From: an uncultured Thermoleophilia bacterium
GTDB lineage: Bacteria > Actinomycetota > Thermoleophilia > Gaiellales > Gaiellaceae
NCBI GenBank assembly: GCA_963716435.1
Contig: OY970312.1
Span: 985,576 to 1,049,575, forward strand
Direction of reading: 5' to 3'
Length of the DNA stretch: 64,000 nucleotides
The notes under the pieces are model-generated. The model was not told the DNA's origin and did not search any database. It saw only the letters and a list, made by a program, of their open reading frames with translations. Position numbers and translations under genes: made by a program. Every line of letters begins with the position of its first letter. Position 1 is the first letter of the stretch. This document shows, one piece after another, positions 37,220 through 47,716 of this stretch.

Positions 37220-37999
37220 TTGGCATTTGTGGGCGCGAACCGGCTTCGGAGGAGGGCGGCGATGGTCACGCTCATGCCCGCATTGCGGGACCGCCTGCGC
37301 GTTGAGCCGAGCCTCTCATCCGTCGGCGGCAGCCTTCCGGTGCTGTTCTTCGGCGACGCACTCTCCGCCCAGGTTGCGACCATCGGGCTGAATCCTTCGA
37401 GGTTCGAATACCTCGACCGCAACGGGGCGATCCTCGCCGGTTCGGCGCAGCGCTTCTCGACGCTGGCTTCGCTCGGAGCTCGGTCTCGCGGCCACCTCAG
37501 CAACGCACAGGCCGACGAAGCCATCGATGTCATGCGCGCCTACTACGACGCCGGCAAGCCCGTCTACGGCTCCTACTTCCGGCACCTCACGAACTTCCTC
37601 CGCGGCATGGGCGCCAGCTACATCGACCGGACCGCGACTCACCTCGATCTCGTTCAGGAGCCGACCGATCCAGTGTGGAACGGACTCGGCGACGACGAAC
37701 GCGCCCGGTTGCTGGCACGCGACCTGCCCTTCCTCGTGTGGCAGCTCGAACACCTGCCGCACCTGCGGGTCGTCGTGTGCGCCGGCGCGACCGTCTCGCA
37801 CCACGTGCGAAGCCACATCGAAGTGGACGAGCGCGATCGCGGCAGGATGAAGCGAATCCGATGGTGGCTGGGAACGGCACGAGTCGGCCATCGTGAGCTT
37901 CCGATCGGCGGCTGGAACTACCCACTCGACCGCCCGACTGGTCTCGGCACCGCGGGCGAGGTCGAACTCGGCGAGATGTTCGCTCGGGAACTCCTGTGA
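37220..37999 (+). CDS. Hypothetical protein, possibly uracil-DNA glycosylase-superfamily fold
   Basis: VLFFGDALSAQVATIGLNPS resembles motif A of MUG/TDG-type UDGs (GINPG). A late WNYPLDRPTGLG could be motif B. Weak, by eye only. Confidence 0.35.
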   Translation: MAFVGANRLRRRAAMVTLMPALRDRLRVEPSLSSVGGSLPVLFFGDALSAQVATIGLNPSRFEYLDRNGAILAGSAQRFSTLASLGARSRGHLSNAQADEAIDVMRAYYDAGKPVYGSYFRHLTNFLRGMGASYIDRTATHLDLVQEPTDPVWNGLGDDERARLLARDLPFLVWQLEHLPHLRVVVCAGATVSHHVRSHIEVDERDRGRMKRIRWWLGTARVGHRELPIGGWNYPLDRPTGLGTAGEVELGEMFARELL

Positions 38000-38077
38000 C
38001 CCAGGCCATTCCTTGGCGGACTCAGTCCCTACTGTCTCTTGCGGTGGTGACGGCGCAACTCGCAAAGTCGAGCGCGG

Positions 38078-38425
38078 TCAGCTGGTCCGTGTGCGCAGAA
38101 GCTTCTCGATCCGCTGGTCCGGCACGCGCTCGAGCTCGTCGATGAGCTCGGCGACGCGCCCACCTAGCGCGGTTGCTGGGTCGCCCGGCCAGTAACGGCC
38201 GCCCTCCTCGCTGAGCAAGCCGAGAGCGACGAGACCGCGGATGTGGTCGTCCGCACCGCCGTTCTTGCTCACGCCGCAGCTCTCAGCGATATCGGATTTC
38301 GACCATCCCTTCTTCGAAGGTGTGGCGTTCAAGACGAAATGGAGCGCGAGCCGTCGAGGCCGCGATCCAAAGATCCAGTCGCGGGCGGTCAGAGGCTTCG
38401 GGCCGCGTTGCTGGCCGACAGTCAT
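38078..38425 (-). CDS. Winged-helix (MarR/ArsR-like) DNA-binding protein
   Basis: 115 aa starting at ATG 38425 (MTVGQQRGPK). WSKSDIAESCGVSKNGGADDHIRGLVALGLLSEEGGRY resembles an HTH plus wing. Confidence 0.55.
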   Translation of the reverse strand: MTVGQQRGPKPLTARDWIFGSRPRRLALHFVLNATPSKKGWSKSDIAESCGVSKNGGADDHIRGLVALGLLSEEGGRYWPGDPATALGGRVAELIDELERVPDQRIEKLLRTRTS

Positions 38426-38426
38426 G

Positions 38427-38443
38427 TTAGAAATAGATTCTAA
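38427..38443. promoter_or_regulatory. Perfect palindrome TTAGAA-ATAGA-TTCTAA between divergent genes (candidate operator)
   Basis: Lies 1 nt from the wHTH start codon (38425) and overlaps the first base of the ATG at 38443. It is the AT-richest spot of the window. Confidence 0.5.
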
Positions 38444-39021
38444 TGAGACAGATAGCCGAGAACGATTCGGGGTTCCTGCGGCTCGTCGCCGGTGACCGAG
38501 TCGAAGAGGCTGTGGAGGCGCGGCGCGATCCCGGCTTCGAGGCTCCGGCTCCCACCGCGCGCCCGTCTGAGCGCTGTGAGCCATGGCCGGTCGACGATCA
38601 GGGCTGTCTGAGATCACTCGCGGCGGCGGCGGTCGAGCTTGGTGTCTCTGTGGAGTTGGCGTCGGTCGTCGTCGTCGAGCGGTCGCTTCTTGCCGACGAT
38701 CTTTCGGCGCGCGGCTTCGACGAGATTTCGGCGAGACTCGATGCCGAGGCTGCGCGTGCGAGCGTGACGATCGAGCTGTCTGAGTCGCTTAGCGCCTACC
38801 TGTGTGCGTTATCGAGTCACGACCGAGGCACGTCTCGATCGCTACCGCGACTCATTGCACTGCCGATGCGTCTGACTGAGCGGATCGGTGCGGATGGCGG
38901 GGCGGCGCGCCTCGATGCGATGCTTCTGGCGTCCGCGCTTAGTTGGGAGCGAGCCGCAGTTCTGGAGGGCCGCACCATGAGCGAGTGGGCGACCTTGAAG
39001 GCGCTTGAGCTGGCCGGCTGA
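38443..39021 (+). CDS. Hypothetical protein
   Basis: 192-aa ORF divergent from the wHTH gene. No motif recognised. Its 3' end overlaps the convergent ORF 38842..40260 by about 180 nt, so one of the two may be shorter. Confidence 0.4.
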   Translation: MRQIAENDSGFLRLVAGDRVEEAVEARRDPGFEAPAPTARPSERCEPWPVDDQGCLRSLAAAAVELGVSVELASVVVVERSLLADDLSARGFDEISARLDAEAARASVTIELSESLSAYLCALSSHDRGTSRSLPRLIALPMRLTERIGADGGAARLDAMLLASALSWERAAVLEGRTMSEWATLKALELAG

Positions 39022-40260
39022 GTTCCGCTCGTCGGTCGCGACGTCCGCGTCTGCGTCTCGCAGCCTCGTCGCTTCCCGAGGGATAGTGTCGAAGCCTGTC
39101 CGGAGCTTGGACATCTTGAGAATCGCGCGCTCGCGCGCTGCCTGTCCTGCTCGGGTCGCGAGTCGTATCTCAGCGGCCGCGACATCGGGGAGCGCGAACT
39201 CGCGAGCATCAGTTCCGACCGCCCAACAGTTGTGCGCGACGATCTGCTTCGTGCCGACCGGCGGCTCGGCTTCGGGATGATGCCCACACGGGCAGGGGCG
39301 ATTCAGGAAGAGCGCGCGCCGTATCGCCTCACCGGTGGCGCCTAGCGGCCCTGCGTTGCCCAGGACCGCAGGGTGGTAGGTGTGTACACCGAGGCCCGTC
39401 TCCTCGTCGTCGCGCTCGGGAAGTTCCGCCGGGGGGTGGCGGAAGGACATTCCGTGGAGACCAGCGCAGGTTGCGGCGACGCCGCTGGCGAGCATGGCGA
39501 GGTGCCCGTCACCCACGCACGAGACTGCCGCAGGCCGCCCGGTAAGCCGCTGGAGGCGTAGCGCGAGACGCGCATAGCCGGCGAGCTGGCGTCCACTCTG
39601 CGAGGTGTTCGCGGCGATGATCCAGTAGCCCGTCACGCCGTCGAGCTCGGCGTAGGCCGCCACGAGCCAGTCGATCACACCGGGAACGGCGGCATGGCGT
39701 CCCTGCACGATGATGGTCGCGTAGAGTTCGCGCCTCCCAATCTCCCCAGCCGCCGCAGCCCATGCCCGGCGATCCGCGAACTCCGTTGCAGCTAAGCGAG
39801 CGAGAAGCAGATCGTTCTTGCGTCCGGCCCGCCCTTCGGTCTCGAGCACATGACCGGGAGTTGTCAGGATCGTCGCTCCGCCCTCGATCTCTGCGGCGAG
39901 ATGATCGGCCGCGTAGCGCTCGGCAAAGGCTGCCCGGAGAGGATCTCCGTCCGCAACAAGTTGAACACCGGGACGATGAACCTTGAGGCGCGCAAAGGCG
40001 CCGCCGCGCTTCGGATGATCGACTGGGAGCTGGTTTCGCCAAGCCTGTGCCGGCAGAACAACCCCCATACCAGCCTTGAGCGCTTCAGAGACGAGGCTCT
40101 GGTCGAGCACCGCATGCGCGAGCGGCTTTGCGATCGCGCCCACGACCCGACGGTCGAACGAGGCGAGAACCAGCCCGGACCGGTAGCCCGGCCAGGCGAT
40201 CAGGCTTCGGCGCCCGATCTCGGGATGCTGCGGAGCTGCAACTAGCCCAGATTCACTCAT
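38842..40260 (-). CDS. Hypothetical protein (alternating strand/helix character, CPCGHH cluster)
   Basis: Start placed at ATG 40260 (MSESGLV). Contains NRPCPCGHHPEAEPPVGTKQIVAHNCW. Divergent from res. No confident family. Confidence 0.5.
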   Translation of the reverse strand: MSESGLVAAPQHPEIGRRSLIAWPGYRSGLVLASFDRRVVGAIAKPLAHAVLDQSLVSEALKAGMGVVLPAQAWRNQLPVDHPKRGGAFARLKVHRPGVQLVADGDPLRAAFAERYAADHLAAEIEGGATILTTPGHVLETEGRAGRKNDLLLARLAATEFADRRAWAAAAGEIGRRELYATIIVQGRHAAVPGVIDWLVAAYAELDGVTGYWIIAANTSQSGRQLAGYARLALRLQRLTGRPAAVSCVGDGHLAMLASGVAATCAGLHGMSFRHPPAELPERDDEETGLGVHTYHPAVLGNAGPLGATGEAIRRALFLNRPCPCGHHPEAEPPVGTKQIVAHNCWAVGTDAREFALPDVAAAEIRLATRAGQAARERAILKMSKLRTGFDTIPREATRLRDADADVATDERNSAGQLKRLQGRPLAHGAALQNCGSLPTKRGRQKHRIEARRPAIRTDPLSQTHRQCNESR

Positions 40261-40364
40261 TCGCTCGGAACTCTGCCCGGGCCGCCGGATGGAGCTGGAT
40301 CGGGCGCGCATGTGCCTCGATCCGATAGCCAGCAATGTGCCCCTCTCGTACGATGCTTCGGGCC

Positions 40365-43328
40365 ATGCCTGACGTAGTCATCGAGAACCCGATTCTGAAC
40401 TCGCCGTTTCGCGAGCCTGCGCGGCACTGGCGCTTCGGGGACACAGGGATCACGAACGAGATCGTCGAAGGGCGCCGGCTGAGCTCGTACTTCATGCCGA
40501 TCCCGGCCTCGAAGGTTCGCGGTAAGCAGCTCGAGCTCGAGACGCAGTGGACGCGCGATCGGATCGAGGAGAACCGGCTGATCAACCAGATCCGTGAGCG
40601 TGTCACCGACTGGCGCAACCTCAACTGGCCCGGTGTGACGCCGACCACCCGGCGCCTGCTCGAGTACTGGACGGACGAGACCCGGGAGCGGCCGTTGTTC
40701 TTCTGCCAGGTCGAGGCGCTCGAGACGGCGATCTATCTGACCGAGTGTGCGACCAAGCAGGGGGACGCGTGGATCGAAAATGAGCTGCGCAGGCTGGCCG
40801 ACGACCAAAACCCTGGGCTCTACCGGGTGGCTTTCAAGATGGCGACTGGAAGTGGCAAGACGGTCGTGATGGCGATGCTGATCGCCTGGCAGACGCTGAA
40901 CAAGCAGGCCAATCCGCAGGATGCGCGGTTCTCCGACGCCTTCCTCGTCGTCGACGCCCGGGATCACGATCCGTGATCGGCTCCGCGTCCTGTTGCCTGA
41001 GGATCCCGAGAACTACTACCGAGCGCGCGATATCGCCCCGAGCGCCGACATCGAGCGCTTGCGCCAGGCCCGGATCGTCATCACGAACTTCCACGCCTTC
41101 CAGCTGCGCGAGGCGCAGGTCGCGTCGAAGACGACGAAGGAGCTGCTCACGCGCGGAGGCGAGAACCCGTTCGTGGAAACGCCGGATCAGATGGTGCGCC
41201 GGGTCTGCCGCGGCCTCGGCACGAAACGACAGATCCTCGTCTTCAACGACGAGGCGCACCACTGCTACATGCACCGCGTGGGCGGCGAGGAGGAAGCGCT
41301 CAAGGGAGATGAACGCAAAGAGGCGGAGCAGCGCGACCGCGAGGCGCGGGTCTGGGCGACCGGCCTTCAGGCGGTCACTCGCAAGCTCGGCGTCAAGGTC
41401 GTGTACGACCTCTCCGCTACGCCGTTCTTCCTGCGCGGCTCCGGGCTGGCCCGAGGGAACGCTTTTCGGCTGGGTCGTCAGCGACTTCTCGTTGATCGAC
41501 GCGATCGAGGCGGGGATCGTGAAGATCCCGCGCGTCCCTGTCGCCGACGACGTTGTGGACAAGGCGGGACCGACCTTTCGGAACCTGTGGCCCAAGATTC
41601 GGAACGAGCTTCCGAAGAAGCGAGTGAAGGACGCGTCCGCCCGAGCCGCCGCGACTCCCTGCCGAGTTGGAGGCGGCGCTGCACGCGCTGTACGGCAACT
41701 ACGAAAAGTCGTACCAGGATTGGGAGAAGCGCGAGCAGGCCGCGCGGCGCGGCACCACGCCGCCCGTCTTCATCGTCGTGTGCAACAACACGAGCGTCTC
41801 CAAGCTCGTCTACGACTACGTCGCTGGTTGGGAGAAGCAGCTCGACGACGGAAGTCGGGTCGTCGTGCCGGGCGAGCTGCCGCTTCTCTCGAACGAGGAA
41901 GGCGGAGCGTTCATCCATCGCCCGCGGACGATCTTGATCGACTCGCGGCAGCTCGAGTCGGGGGAGGGGATGAGCGCGGACTTCAAGGCGATCGCGGCCG
42001 GCGAGATCGAGGAGTTCAAGCGCGACTACCGCACCCGCTATCCCGGCCGTGACGCCGACGCGCTCACCGACGAGGATCTGTTGCGGGAGGTAATGAACAC
42101 GGTCGGCAAGCCCGGCAAGCTCGGCGAGCACGTGCGGTGCGTCGTCTCCGTCTCGATGCTCACCGAGGGCTGGGACGCGAACACTGTCACCCACATCCTG
42201 GGCGTCCGCGCCTTCGGGACGCAGCTCCTTTGCGAGCAGGTCGTCGGCCGAGGTCTACGACGGACGAGCTACGTGCCCAACGACGATGGACTCTTGACGC
42301 CTGAGTACGCAGAGGTCTACGGCGTGCCGTTCAGCTTCATTCCGACATCAGGCTCGGCAACGGATCCGCGACCGGCGCCGGTCATGACTCGGGTGCGCGC
42401 GCTGCCGGAGCGGGCGGCATGCGAGATTCGCTTCCCCCACATCGTCGGTTACCGCTACGAGCTCGACGGTGAGCGGATTGGCTGGAGCTTCGGCGAGGAG
42501 CATCGGCTCGTGCTCTCGACGCAGGACGTCCCTACGGAGACCGAGGTGGCCGGAATCATCGGCGAGCACGACATTCACGACCTCGAAGGGCTGAAGGCGC
42601 GCCGAGAGCAGGAGATCGCGTATGCACTTGCCCGCGAGCTCGGCGCCCGGTACTTCTCGGACCGTCCGTGGCTTTTCCCTCAGCTCGTAGAAGCGACGCG
42701 CGATTGGATGCAGACTTCCCTGACCCTGCACGATCGCGTCTTCCCGCAGCTGCTCCTCCTTCACGAGAAAGCGAGTGAGGCGGTCGAGCGGATCGTGCGT
42801 GGGATCCTGTCCGCCGATCGGAGCGCGCCTCGGCTCATCGCGATCCCCGACGCAGCCGATCCCGAGGGCTCGACGGCGGAGATCGACTTCGACACGTCCA
42901 AGCCCGTCATGGTCACGGACCCGGAGAAATGTCACGTCGAGTACGTCACGGGCGACTCGAACTGGGAGCACGTCCTCGCTAGTCGGCTCGAAGGCATGCC
43001 CGAGGTGCGCGCCTACGTGAAGAACCAAGGGCTTGGTTTCACGATTCGGTACACATTCGACGCAGAGTCGCGCGCATACGTCCCCGACTTCATCGTCAAA
43101 GTTGATGACGGACACGACGACGACCTCCTCAACCTCGTGATCGAGGTCACCGGACAGGCGCGCCCCGACAAGGTCGAGCGCGTTGCGACTGCCCGGGAAC
43201 AGTGGGTTCCCGGCGTGAACGCCCTCGGCCGGTTTGGCCGCTGGGACTTCATCGAGATCACCGATCCCTGGAATGCAGAGAACGCAATTCGCACCCACCT
43301 CTCCTCGCATGAGGAGCTCGCTGCGTGA
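40365..43328 (+). pseudogene. res: Type III-like restriction enzyme Res subunit (SF2 helicase), 3 frameshifts
   Basis: N-terminal VIENPILNSPFREPARHW. Walker A MATGSGKT. DEAH box FNDEAHHC. Motif VSMLTEGWDANTVTHILGVRAF ... QVVGRGLRR. The reading frame moves 0>1>2>0 near 40955, 41445 and 41650. Confidence 0.8.
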
Positions 43329-46020
43329 GCCCGCGGAAGCGAGCAACCAAGTCGGGGCCGACGCCGGTCGAGCCGATCCGTCACAAGGACAAACGATCCA
43401 ACATCCCCACGAACGAGCTGCGCGCCATGCTCGCCGACGACGAGCGCACGCCGAAGGCGATGCTGTACCCGCGTGACCCGAGCCTCGACCCGCAGCTCGT
43501 CTGGAAGGGCAAGGACGAGCAGGACGCGGCCGACCTCGAGGTGCCGGCCGTCCCGATCTACATCCAGGAGAAGATCCACCCGCGGGTGCTCATCGAGAAC
43601 CTGCGCCAGACGGCGGCCGCCGGCGAGCCGGAGCCCGAGCTGACGCTCTTCGACGACTTCAACGGCATCGCCGTTCGAGGAACTCGTCGACTTCTACCAG
43701 CACGAGCAGAACTGGTCGAACCGGATGATCCTCGGCGACTCGCTGCTCGTGATGACGAGCCTCGCCGAGAAGGAAGGCCTCAAGGGCAAGGTCCAGACGA
43801 TCTACATCGACCCGCCGTACGGCATCAAGTTCGGCTCGAACTGGCAGGTCTCGACCCGCAAGCGCGACGTCACGGACGGCAAGGCTCAGGACGTCACCCG
43901 CCAGCCCGAGCAGGTCCGGGCGTTCCGCGACACCTGGGAGCTCGGCATCCACTCCTATCTGACGTACCTGCGCGATCGGCTGGTCGTCGCGCGCGACTGC
44001 TCACCGAGACGGGCTCGATCTTCGTCCAGATCGGCGACGAGAACGTCCACCTCGTCCGCTGCGCTGCTCGACGAGGTATTCGGAGCCGAGAACTTCGTCT
44101 CGCCTGATCACGTTCAGGAAGACAGCTGGCGCAACGGGCGAGTCTCTCGCAGGCACGGCCGACTATCTCCTCTGGTATCGCGAAGGATCGTCGAACGTGA
44201 AGTACCGCGCGCTCTATCGACCCAAGGAGGTCGGCGGAGACGGTGCCGATGCGTACGACCTGCTTCGACTTGGCCGATGGGTCGACGCGTCGTATCACCC
44301 GCGACGAGCGTCGAGATGTCGCTCGACTTCCGCCCGGGTCGCGTCCGTTCCGAATCGAGCCCTCTGACAAGTCAGAGCGTCGGGCGCCAGAAGGGCGAAG
44401 GCGCGGCTTCATGGTTCGCCGTGCCGTTCGACGGGCGCGAGTTTCGACCGACCATGCAGGAGCGGTGGAAGACGAACGAAGCGGGTATGGCGCGGCTCGC
44501 AGTCAGCCGAACGAATCGGCCGTAGCCGGGAACACCCTTCGGTACATCCGGTACATCGACGACTTCCCAGCGTCCCCACTCACAAACATCTGGGACGACA
44601 CAGGAGTAGCGGGCTTCGGTGAGCGCAAGATCTACGTCGTTCAAACCAATCCGAAGGTCGTCGAGCGCTGCCTCCTCATGACGTACTGACCCTGGCGATC
44701 TCGTGCTCGACCCGACGTGTGGCACCGGCACGACGGCGCTACGTCGCGGAGCAGTGGGGTCGGCGCTGGATCACGATCGACACCTGCCGCGTCGCGCTCG
44801 CGCTCGCGCGCACGCGCCTGATGGCGCAAGTACCCGTACTACCTGCTCGCCGACTCGTCCGAGGGCTCCGAAGGAGGCCGAGCTGACCGGCAGATGCCGT
44901 CGACCAGCCGACGGCGACGTTCGCAGGGCTTCGTCTACAAGCGCGTGCCGCACGTGACGCTGAAGTCGATCGCGCAGAACCCGGACATCCACGAGGGCAT
45001 GAGCCGCGAGGAGATCGACGCGGCGATCGCTCGGCACGCCGAGACCGGAGACGCTGTTCGACCAGCCGTACGAGGACCGCAAGAAGGTGCGCGTCACGGG
45101 CCGTTCACGGTCGAGAGCCTGTCGCCTCACCGGACGCTCGACGGCCGAGGACCGCCGCGCCCGCGGACGTTGCGGAGTCGGCGAGCAGCGCTTCGTCACC
45201 GACGATCCTCGACAACCTTCGCAAGGCCGGCGTCCAGAACACCGTGAAGGACGAGCACCTCGACTTCGACTGGCTCGATCCGTACCCCGGCGCCTGGGTC
45301 CAGGGCGTGGCGCGTTCACCGACGCGGACGGCGCGGAGCAGGACGGTCGCCGTCAGCATCGGTCCGGAGTACGGCACCGTCGGATGCCGACCAGGTGCGC
45401 GAGGCCGCGAAGGAGGCGAGCAAGGGCGCGGGCGCCGACCTGCTGCTCGTGTGCGGCTTCGCCTTCGACGCGAACGCGGGTGAGATCGCGCAGGAGTTCC
45501 AGCCGATCGATGGTTCGGGCTGGGCGGTCGCCGCGGGCGAGCGCAAGCTCGGCAAACTCCAGGTCCTGCTTGCGCGCATGAACCCCGACCTCGCGATGGG
45601 CGACGAGCTTCTGAAGAAGACCGGCGCCGGCAATCTGTTCATGGTCTTCGGCGAGCCCGACGTCGAGATCCGCCGGCCGGAGGACGGCCATCGTTCAGGT
45701 CGAGATCCGCGGCGTCGACGTCTACGACCCGACCACGGGCCAGGTCCGCTCGAGCATCGACCGACGACATCGCCTGCTGGTTCATCGACACCGAACTACA
45801 ACGGCGAGAGCTTCTTCGTCCGCCACGCGTACTTCACCGGCGCCGACGACCCGTACGACACAGCTCCGCAGAGCCCTGCGCGCCGACATCGACGAGGCGG
45901 CCTGGGCGACGCTCTACACGACGGTGAGCCGCCCGTTCCCGGCCGCCCGAGACCGGCAAGATCGCGGTGAAGGTCATCAACCACTACGGCGACGAGGTGA
46001 TGAAGGTCTTCACCGTGTAG
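43325..46020 (+). pseudogene. mod: Site-specific DNA methyltransferase (Mod-like, DPPY motif), at least 8 frameshifts
   Basis: GTG start overlaps the res stop (GTGA). Recognisable pieces lie in different frames: [83 protein letters not shown] and the C-terminal KIAVKVINHYGDEVMKVF. Confidence 0.8.
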
Positions 46021-46179
46021 CTACACCAGGCACCGGTGGGCGTCCGACTGGATCACCCCCAGGAGGTCGACGGTTCGAGTTCGGCTAGCTCCATCGCCCC
46101 GCTGCGCGGGCATGCCGTCTTCCGCGGTGTCCTTCGCCGCGAGCCGGTGAGCCGCGCCCCGTCGCGCGGTCGCGGCGGC

Positions 46180-47584
46180 GTGACGCGACATGCAAGACTT
46201 GACCCGTTCACTCGCGTGTCGTTCCAGCCGAGCCCGTTTCAGCTTGTCGCCGAAGAGCGGCTCCTGAACGAACCGATCTACAGGAAGGCGCGCGACAAGA
46301 TCGTCGAGTTCATCACGCAGTTGCAGGCGGCGCGGAAGCCGCAGGACTATGTCGGGCTGCACCGCAGCGCGCTGGCGCACCTCATCGCTTACCAAGAGGC
46401 CGCTGACGAGGCCATCGCGCAGCGGATGGAGATCCGCCGCCGGATCCGGGAACTCGCGCGCGAGGAACCGAAGCCGATCGAGGCCATTCAGGAGCAGCAG
46501 GCGCTGCTCGACCGCGTCGTCAACCAGGAGGCGACCCTGAAGGCCGTACACCATCTAGTCCGCGCCGTCGGCGATGGCATCGCCTGGCGAGCGCTGCGCT
46601 ACGACCGCCGCGCCTTCACGGTGCTCGGCAAGGGCGAACGCGTTGGTCGTTTGGCCTCAGGTATCGGTCGCGACGCCGAGCTGACGGCGCTCGCCAACCT
46701 CTGGGAGGAGGAGGGGCAGTTCGCAATCCACAACGACATGACCAACTGTCTGCGTCATGGCGACCTGACCGCCATTCGAGAAGCCGGCAGTCAGGTCGAA
46801 GTGACGATCTACGAAGTCAAGGCGGGGACGTCTCACGACGAGGCGCAGCTGCGACGGCTCGACAGGGCGACCGAGCTACTGCGAACGCACCTCGACCCGA
46901 CCGGCGGCAGCGACGGCGGCATGCTGCGAGTGACGTCGGTACCGGCGCGCTACGAGACGTTCTCATCTGCGCTACCCGGTCTGATTCAGCGGGCCAAGGC
47001 GGTGGGATTCGATTGGATCCTCCCGCACCCGTGCCTACTCGTCGGCGCCGTCGATTACCGCGTGTGGGGCCGCGGCGACGTTGATGACTTCACTGAGCGC
47101 TTCGCGAAGATGCGGGCCGAGGTTGGCTGGCCAGGAGAGGAACCCGAGATCCTCGACTGGATGTCCTCGCTGCGGCGCATGCGCGACCGCCACCACAGCT
47201 TCAGCTCGCTGGCTCCCTTTGCGATCTTCCCGCTCGCGCCCGAGGATGTCGCCGATGTCATCTCGGGGTCGATCGATCTCTTCTTCTCGCTTCACCTGCC
47301 GCGGCTCGAGCAGGCCTCGAGCCGGGATGGTGTCAGCGTCCGAGTTGCCCGCCCCCCTGGATCGTCGACGCTCTTCCTTGAAGCCAGCCGCGGCGGACGC
47401 GGTGTGACCGTGCCGCCACACTTGCGCGAGCAGATGATGACCGAGCTTCGTCACGCCCGATTGCATCTTCGCTGCCATCGACGAGATCCTGAAGCTGAAC
47501 GAGGCGAACCCGGGCGAGGCATACGACAGCCGCATCGTTGTCTTCGCCGACGAGCGGCAAGTGTGGGAGGTCGAGAACACGTAG
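46180..47584 (+). CDS. PD-(D/E)xK-like hypothetical protein, one frameshift near the 3' end
   Basis: AIHNDMTNCLRHGDLTAI ... VEVTIYEVKAG fits a D...ExK nuclease core (D at about 46762, EVK at about 46813-46821). Near 47445 the sensible reading switches frame (...MMTE / VTPDCIFAAIDEILKLNEANPGEAYDSRIVVFADERQVWEVENT*). The start is uncertain (GTG 46180 or 46216). Confidence 0.5.
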
Positions 47585-47716
47585 GGAGCGGGCCGCTTCG
47601 GCCACGCAGCGGACCGCAAACCGCCTGGCCGCGCTAGCAAGAAAACCTCGAGCCCCTTCTAAAGGAAACGTGATCGCGATCGACGCCCCATCTGAAGCTA
47701 CTGCTTCAATCAGATC

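Noticed and set aside
37397-37416. TCGAGGTTCGAATACCTCGA looked like a tRNA T arm and a possible second att copy.
   Set aside because: It is a palindrome centred on TTCGAA inside the coding frame of 37220..37999. It has no surrounding similarity to the 35830-35892 core.
46021-46554. 177-aa minus-strand ORF between mod and the cargo block, and the 62114..62626(-) and 60919..61134(+) ORFs.
   Set aside because: The first is the mirror frame of the better-supported plus-strand gene starting at 46180. The other two translate to Arg/Ala-rich nonsense and lack start-site context.
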